Virus record (IMG/VR): IMGVR_UViG_3300037502_003163
Coordinates: 1 to 59,941 of that record
DNA from: a virus
Lineage: Duplodnaviria > Caudoviricetes
DNA: 59,941 bases
Direction: 5' to 3' (one strand)
Shown here: positions 54,244 to 59,941 of the stretch, piece by piece
Layout of the letters: each line of letters opens with the position of its first letter
Numbering within the stretch: position 1 is the stretch's first letter
The notes under the pieces: generated by a model
The model's database searches: none
Seen by the model: the letters and a program-made list of their open reading frames with translations, nothing else
What the model was told of the DNA's origin: nothing
Program-made: the position numbers and the translations under genes

Positions 54244-54271
54244 AAAAAAGGGACCCCCCGAAGGGAGCCCC
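54244..54271 (-). terminator. Rho-independent terminator
   Basis: GGGCTCCC-TTCG-GGGGGTCCC followed by TTTTTT. Confidence 0.8.
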
Positions 54272-54292
54272 TCAAACCAGAGCACAGTCGAA

Positions 54293-56485
54293 TTATGCAG
54301 GTTTGGTAAACACATTACTGACAGCCGTACCATCTTCCGTAATCATGCGGTAGTTGGTGCCGGGTTGTAGGTCGTAAACGTTGCTCATGACACCAGGAGC
54401 AGATGTGCCGCTGCCGTGGTTAATCCACATGCTTGGTCCCATTTCAAACTGGAGAATGACTGGGGAAAGAGTTGACCAAGAAAGTGTGGTTTGTCCCATT
54501 GGGGTCAATTCGCCAACAGTAACGGTGAAGTCACCGCCGCTACCACCGCCACCACCACCGCCGCCGCTACCCGAAGATTGGTCTTCGTTTTTGTAGCAGT
54601 AGCCGCAGCGGAAAAGGTCACCAGCAGCTGGGCCTTCTTCGCTGTTTTTGAAGGAAGAAGTGAAAGTAACCCGCGTTACTCCGTCAACCACAGAAAGGGT
54701 GTAATCATCTTCAGAGTGGCAAGCCAATCGGTCGATGAACACATGGACGGAAGAATCAATAGCCGAGTGGTCGAGGTCAACATATCCGTTGGAAACGTCA
54801 GTCGAAGTAAGGGTGTACCGAACTTTAGCAAACCGGGGCAGTTCGGCCGTTCTGGTGTCCGATTCTGCAGTAATAGCAGCTTCACGTGCGGCTTGTTCAG
54901 CCGAAACAGCAGCTTGTCTGTCCAAGATTTCTTGGTCAATGTCAGACTGGAGAGCAGAGTCAGCAGACGAACGGGCGTTTGCTTCAGCAGTATCGGCAAC
55001 TTGGCGAGCCGATGCTTCGTTAGAAACAGCCGTGAGGATGTTCGAAGCAAAGTTCTCGTCGTCGCCGATAGCAGCAGCTAGCTCGTTAAGGGTGTCCAAC
55101 AGAGCCGGAGCGCCATCGACCAGGTCAGAAATCTTTTGGTCGGTGTAAGCTTGGGCATCGTCAAAACCTTGGCTCATTGCAGCGTCGAGGTCAGCTATGC
55201 TTTGCTCGAGGTTGGAAACTGCCGTAGTGCGGGCGTTCGTCTCAGCGACGATAGCAGCGTCTAGCTTGCTGTCGGCATCCTTCAGGCTGACAGCTGAACC
55301 GAGGTGGGAAGAACCAACGGGAGCGGAGTAAGAACCGTCAGTACCAAGTCCGGCGCCACCTTGAGTTGCGTCGAGTTCAGATTGGAGAGCCGAATCGGCC
55401 ACCATTCTGGCGTTCTCTTCACCGGTGACAGCAGCTTGACGAGCAGCTACTTCAGCGTCGATAGCGTCTTGGAGGTCAGAGTCTGCCGACTCTCGGGCAG
55501 ATTGCTCAGCATCGACTAGACCTTGTGCGAAGTCCTTGGCATCCTTTTCTGCTTTGGCAACGGAGCCTTCAACAGAATCAGCACCTTCGATGATGTCAAG
55601 GCGGCCAGAAAGGGCACCTTCAGCAGCCATTGCTCTATCTTCTTCTGCATCGATGTTGTCTTGCAGAGTTTCGTCAGCGGATTGACGAGCAGCAGCTTCG
55701 CTGTTGATGTTGTTTTGGAGAGTCGTGTCACCGGATTGTCGGTCCGACACTTCTTGCGCTAGGGCAGCGTTATTGCTGAGGACGTAAGAAGCGAAAGCGT
55801 TGTCATTAGTCGTATCAACGCTGTTGATAAGGCTAACGATTTCAGCGAAGCTGTCTTTGTCGGCGTCGCTGGCTAGGAGGATGGCGTCAATACGGCCTTT
55901 TTCGGTGTTGACTTGGGATTGGAGGTCCGCATCACCTGCGATACGGGCAGCAACTTCGTCAGCCAATGCTTGCGCGTTGCCGGTGTCAAGAGCGTCGATA
56001 GCAGCTTGGAGCACCGCTTCAGCAGCGAGGGCTCTCGTTTCTTCGTCGTCGATGGCGGATTGGAGATTGTTGTCGGCGGTTTCGCGAGCGGACTGCTCAG
56101 CCGAGACAGCAGCAATGCGGTCAGCTTCTTCAGAATCGATAGCAGCTTGGAGGACAGCTTCAGCTGCGAGGGCGCGTGACTCTTCAGCAGCAACAGCAGC
56201 TTCACGAGCAGCTTGTTCTGCGGCGTCAGCTTGGACTCGAGCAGCAGCTTCAGCCAAGATTTGGGCGTCGACGTAAGATTTTCGAGAAACGTCATTGCCG
56301 TTAGATGGGTCGCTGCCAACTCGGGGGAGTTGCAGGAATTGGAAAAGGTTGCTGCCGTCCAACTTGAACAGCTCAACGTCGTTTCCGGAGGATGATTTGG
56401 CTCGGAACGATTCATTGTTGGAGTACTGGACTTTAGTACCGTCAACTGCGTTCGAGGCCAGAAACTTCTTTTTAATCTGTGCCAT
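54293..56485 (-). CDS. Coiled-coil fibre protein
   Basis: Many ExxAR.AAD repeats; APALLDTLNELAAAIGDDENFA fibre motif; poly-Gly linker before the C-terminal domain. Confidence 0.75.
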   Translation of the reverse strand: MAQIKKKFLASNAVDGTKVQYSNNESFRAKSSSGNDVELFKLDGSNLFQFLQLPRVGSDPSNGNDVSRKSYVDAQILAEAAARVQADAAEQAAREAAVAAEESRALAAEAVLQAAIDSEEADRIAAVSAEQSARETADNNLQSAIDDEETRALAAEAVLQAAIDALDTGNAQALADEVAARIAGDADLQSQVNTEKGRIDAILLASDADKDSFAEIVSLINSVDTTNDNAFASYVLSNNAALAQEVSDRQSGDTTLQNNINSEAAARQSADETLQDNIDAEEDRAMAAEGALSGRLDIIEGADSVEGSVAKAEKDAKDFAQGLVDAEQSARESADSDLQDAIDAEVAARQAAVTGEENARMVADSALQSELDATQGGAGLGTDGSYSAPVGSSHLGSAVSLKDADSKLDAAIVAETNARTTAVSNLEQSIADLDAAMSQGFDDAQAYTDQKISDLVDGAPALLDTLNELAAAIGDDENFASNILTAVSNEASARQVADTAEANARSSADSALQSDIDQEILDRQAAVSAEQAAREAAITAESDTRTAELPRFAKVRYTLTSTDVSNGYVDLDHSAIDSSVHVFIDRLACHSEDDYTLSVVDGVTRVTFTSSFKNSEEGPAAGDLFRCGYCYKNEDQSSGSGGGGGGGGSGGDFTVTVGELTPMGQTTLSWSTLSPVILQFEMGPSMWINHGSGTSAPGVMSNVYDLQPGTNYRMITEDGTAVSNVFTKPA

Positions 56486-56511
56486 GAATTTCTTTCCCTA
56501 CAGGAAAAAGG

Positions 56512-56889
56512 TTAAAAAAAGTAGCTTACTTGGAGGACATCTCCAATTTCGAGTAAGCCGTCAAGACCATACCCATCCCACACAACGGAAAGACCGTCAA
56601 TGACAAAATCTTCATTAAGGAATTGAGGACAACCATTACGGGGGAGGATGGTCACATTATAACCCGAAAGGGGGGCATTTGTCAAGGTGATAGACTTTGT
56701 CTCGAGGTGGGCAGAAGTAATGGTAATTGTTTGGATTTTGGGACGGGGCAATTCGCTTTGGAAATAGGACCGGAGGTTGGCCATTGATGCCTTCCTCGTG
56801 GTCAGAGTCGAAATGTCGACCACAACGGCAAGGTCATCGCTAGTAACGGTTGATAGGTCATCTAGTTCGCTGATTCGTTTGTTGGCCAT
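56512..56889 (-). CDS. Virion structural protein
   Basis: MANKRISEL N-terminus; C-terminal EDFVIDG...GDVLQVSY domain. Confidence 0.65.
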   Translation of the reverse strand: MANKRISELDDLSTVTSDDLAVVVDISTLTTRKASMANLRSYFQSELPRPKIQTITITSAHLETKSITLTNAPLSGYNVTILPRNGCPQFLNEDFVIDGLSVVWDGYGLDGLLEIGDVLQVSYFF

Positions 56890-56922
56890 TATACGCTCCT
56901 TTCAGTCACTTCAAGCTGAGAC

Positions 56923-57312
56923 CTAGTATAGACCAAGGTAATCACCAGTTTCAAGCAATAAGAAACCGCTACTGTCAGAGACGCCGGCTGGACCCCAGTA
57001 GGTGAGCTCGATATCGATACCGACATCATTCTCCCAACAGAAGGTTACATTCTTGGTATTGACGCTGCCGGAAGAGTAAGTGTTAGTCGTGTAGTAACCT
57101 ACCGCGTTAAGGGCGGAATAGAATCGGGCTTCTTGTCCCAGTTGGCGGACTCGGAAGGTAATATTAGTAGAACCATCTGGAAAGGTGTAGGATATCCGGG
57201 TACCGGGATTGACTCGCAGCGCGGTGACGACAATGTTGTATGCTGGAGCAACGGCTGTATTTGTAATCTCGACAACGCTGCCCGCACTGCCAGATGGGGT
57301 GACTGACGCCAT
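56923..57312 (-). CDS. Virion structural protein (putative)
   Basis: Beta-rich; ends LLLETGDYL. Confidence 0.6.
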   Translation of the reverse strand: MASVTPSGSAGSVVEITNTAVAPAYNIVVTALRVNPGTRISYTFPDGSTNITFRVRQLGQEARFYSALNAVGYYTTNTYSSGSVNTKNVTFCWENDVGIDIELTYWGPAGVSDSSGFLLLETGDYLGLY

Positions 57313-57314
57313 GA

Positions 57315-57944
57315 TTAGCCCCCACTTTCGATAATGCGGATATCACAGGGGCCGTCAACGGCAATAGCGTATAATTCGACTCCTGCCTGGATATCGAGGC
57401 CGAGGGCATCTTTGGGTCCGATGGGCCACCCATTGTTGATGTTGGCTTTCGCTACCGTTTCCCCTATATAGATAGTACCGGAGGAGGACCAGTTCTTGAT
57501 AGCGATAGCAGTTCGGTCAACTAAACTCGCGGGTACAAGTAAGCTAGCCACACTATTGACCGTCTTCTTGCTGACCTTTAACGTGGCACCGCCTAGGATG
57601 CGGGTATCGGAGGAACCCGTAGATACGGCCCGAGCGGACAGTTCAAAGTCACAAGCTCCGGTATGGGTTACCTTAACTCGGAGTCGGGTCGGAGCAGTGC
57701 CGGTCCTCTTCTGCAAAATTTCGGTAGAGGGGGCGTTGACTTTGGGCAGGGTTGCTAAAAGGACTTCCCGGTTGTCGGAATCGAGGATACCGTAGATTTC
57801 AACCGTGATATCGCCAGCAGTCGAGTTGACCCACAGAAGGAAGAGAGCAGCGTCGGACTGGATTGAAATATCCTTGGTCAGGACTCCACTGGTAGTGGGT
57901 GCCGACCGGAGGACAATCTCTTGTAATCCTGTCTTTAGTATCAT
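57315..57944 (-). CDS. Virion structural protein (putative)
   Basis: Beta-rich; IKNWSSSGTIYIG...ELYAIA. Confidence 0.6.
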   Translation of the reverse strand: MILKTGLQEIVLRSAPTTSGVLTKDISIQSDAALFLLWVNSTAGDITVEIYGILDSDNREVLLATLPKVNAPSTEILQKRTGTAPTRLRVKVTHTGACDFELSARAVSTGSSDTRILGGATLKVSKKTVNSVASLLVPASLVDRTAIAIKNWSSSGTIYIGETVAKANINNGWPIGPKDALGLDIQAGVELYAIAVDGPCDIRIIESGG

Positions 57945-57958
57945 GCTGATTCCCCGCC

Positions 57959-58492
57959 TTACGGTACGGACTCATCCACTTTATCAGCCGGGGCGTCATT
58001 TGTCAATGGTTCCGCTGGCAGAGGAGCGGAAAGATATTTGAGATGTCTACTAACATAGGCTTCAAGTTCCGCTCTCGACATGGTCTCGAGCCGAGAAGTG
58101 GGAGCCGCTTCGTCCTTAGTCGGCATCTTACTGGCTGCTTCAAGGACGAGCTTTGCTGATGCTACTTTGGCTGAGGCATTCGCATCGGGGTCTACGAGCA
58201 CCTGCTCGAGGGCGTCCAAGGCGAGGTCGGCCAAGTATTCCATCCTCTCCCTGTACTCTTCCCCATTTTGGAACCACTCACTGAAACCGGGCAAGGACCA
58301 CCATTTGGCTAGCCGCTTGTCGCTGACAGTTTGTTGAACGGACGTCAACGTACTGGCAGAGTCGACCATGTTGGGATTGTCTCTTGTCTTCGACCAGAAG
58401 GCAGCCTTAACACGGCGCATATCCGGGGTGGGGGCAAACACGAGGTCCGTCTGGGCAGCAGCTAGAATTTTATTGATATCTTTGAGTGACAT
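57959..58492 (-). CDS. Putative terminase small subunit
   Basis: Helical ALDALEQVL...AKVASAKLVLE pattern at the head of the late arm. Confidence 0.55.
   Translation of the reverse strand: MSLKDINKILAAAQTDLVFAPTPDMRRVKAAFWSKTRDNPNMVDSASTLTSVQQTVSDKRLAKWWSLPGFSEWFQNGEEYRERMEYLADLALDALEQVLVDPDANASAKVASAKLVLEAASKMPTKDEAAPTSRLETMSRAELEAYVSRHLKYLSAPLPAEPLTNDAPADKVDESVP
57978..58006 (-). promoter_or_regulatory. sigma-70-type promoter inside the 3' end of terS
   Basis: TTGACA-N17-TAAAGT with TG extension. Confidence 0.6.
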
Positions 58493-58518
58493 ATTCTTTC
58501 CACACAGGAGTAGCTGAT

Positions 58519-58620
58519 TGTACGGTACAGATTAGTACAGTAACTGATTGTTACTGTACGGAACTGTACTGTACAGATTTGTACTGTACTTATTGTTACT
58601 GTACAGGTTTGTGCTGTAAG
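58519..58620. repeat. Degenerate 15-bp-period array of TGTAC-N-GTACA
   Basis: Cores at 58519, 58534, 58550, 58565, 58580, 58595 and 58610. Confidence 0.8.
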
Positions 58621-59024
58621 TAACAAGTTGTTTCTACTAGTAGCCCCTGTCTCTGGGCAGTTCGGTACCTTTTACTCTCATCACTACTACCTATTACGAG
58701 GTGTGTCTGATGGTGAGTGTACGACTGATGGGCAGGGGCCCCTAGTTGTTACCTGTTGCTCGCTTGGACTGGGTTCCGCCTCGTATTTTGCGTCCGGGGT
58801 AATTAACCTCGGTGCCCCTGAATCGAGGAGGGCGGGGTGAAAGAATCACTAACCACACCATCCAGTTTCCTAGTTTGCTCTAAGTAACTGTCTCGAATTT
58901 GAGCCCCGATTCTTGCCTGCAGGTCTGGTACTTTCAGTTCATTACTGATTCAACAGTGATTCTAGACCCGGTAGCTTGGATTGCTCACAACCCGATGGGG
59001 TCCCTATATGGTTCCCCAGTCAGT

Positions 59025-59053
59025 ATACTACCTCATCTACGAAGGGGTGTCAA
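59025..59053 (-). promoter_or_regulatory. sigma-70-type promoter
   Basis: TTGACA-N17-TAGTAT. Confidence 0.7.
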
Positions 59054-59658
59054 TCCTCAAGTTGGCCTGCTGCGGCCGCTTCTTCAAGAAAGACCTTAGC
59101 CATCTTCAGTACATGGATGCGAAATTCGGACAAATCCATCGCCATCTTCATCTTATTACAGATACCACAGCAGGTCACCACATTGTCCGGAACATAGCCC
59201 AAGTGGGAGTGAATCCGGTCTATCCCGTTCATCTTCGCGGTATGGGTCCGGCCTTTTTTGGCAAACCTTCCACTGTAATCTCGAGGACTATCTTTACAGT
59301 ATGTACAGTCACCTTTTACCAAAGCCAAGAATTGTTCGGGACTTAGCCGCCACTCAATTCCACGTTTGACTGCAGACCGGATATATCGGAGATGTTGGAC
59401 TCGAATCGCTTTGGTCCACCCCCTCAGTTTCACTCCCTTTTCCGCCGCTTCCTCAAGCAATTCCGTATGATACTTACAAGCGCCGCACGTCTTGACTTTG
59501 CCCGCAGCGGCCTCGCTACCCCTCACTTCCTTAATATTGCCACAGTCGCATTTAGCCATCCAATAGATACCTTTACCCGACCCCCCACTTCGGACGGGAT
59601 AGAGCAGTGTAAGATGGCCATATTTATGACCTTTGTGGTCTCGTCGTTTAGCTGCCAT
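59050..59658 (-). CDS. HNH homing endonuclease
   Basis: YGHLT...WMAKCDCG, CTYC and NGIDRIHSHLGY..DNVVTCCGICNKMK; AGGAGG SD. Confidence 0.85.
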   Translation of the reverse strand: MAAKRRDHKGHKYGHLTLLYPVRSGGSGKGIYWMAKCDCGNIKEVRGSEAAAGKVKTCGACKYHTELLEEAAEKGVKLRGWTKAIRVQHLRYIRSAVKRGIEWRLSPEQFLALVKGDCTYCKDSPRDYSGRFAKKGRTHTAKMNGIDRIHSHLGYVPDNVVTCCGICNKMKMAMDLSEFRIHVLKMAKVFLEEAAAAGQLED

Positions 59659-59675
59659 AGTAGCCTCCTATGTAT

Positions 59676-59705
59676 ATGATATCATAGTGGGAAGTGTAGA
59701 GTCAA
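59676..59705 (-). promoter_or_regulatory. sigma-70-type promoter
   Basis: TTGACT-N18-TATCAT with TG extension. Confidence 0.55.
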
Positions 59706-59831
59706 TGCGCGGGGGTCGTCCCCGTGTGTAACCCAGTGAGTGGAGAGGTAAATTTCTGGTACAGGGCCCCCGTCGCGCCGACTTGTCACTCTTCCATTCC
59801 CCGCCCTTAATCATGTTTGGCTAGTAACAGA

Positions 59832-59941
59832 GAGGGGGGAAGCAGACTGACTAATCTTCACTATTCTCCCCAATTTTAACTACTTAGTCCAGGTTGGCCC
59901 ATCTGTTGCATGGTGCACAAAGGATGCCAGCTTAGACCATA
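59832..59941. repeat. Terminal direct repeat / circular overlap (copy 2)
   Basis: Matches 1-110 with one mismatch. Confidence 0.95.

Noticed and set aside
58519-58620. LexA/SOS boxes
   Set aside because: Spacing fits neither CTGT-N8-ACAG nor TTAC-N3-GTAA

Overview
The window looks like a complete ~59.8 kb dsDNA tailed phage genome, podovirus-like. Its ends overlap by 110 bp. It has two convergent arms. The + strand (about 0.3-20.9 kb) carries small early genes and DNA metabolism: Gp88-like, DUF932, exported lytic transglycosylase and ClpP-like protease, Cas4-like nuclease, family A DNA polymerase, RuvC-like resolvase, DinG-like helicase and a DUF5664 diphosphohydrolase. The - strand (about 21-59.7 kb) carries terminase, portal, M15 endolysin, scaffold, capsid, fibres, adaptor/nozzle and ejection proteins. 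Main points: (1) polA is fractured by a naturally split intein (IntN 10956-11294, IntC 11702-11908), and a free-standing HNH gene overlaps both halves in a third reading frame. (2) Promoter logic appears inverted: the early arm has about five flagellar sigma-28 (FliA)-type promoters, while the late arm has about ten sigma-70-type promoters. This fits a host with a FliA-driven motile phase, such as a Bdellovibrio-like predator (inference). (3) Several unannotated cis elements occur: two 15-bp-period arrays of a TGTAC-N-GTACA palindrome, a three-copy covarying hairpin element before start codons, and a hairpin-rich candidate ncRNA at 45.7-45.9 kb. No integrase, primase, RNA polymerase, tRNA or CRISPR array was recognised. 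All calls come from reading motifs by eye; no database searches were run.
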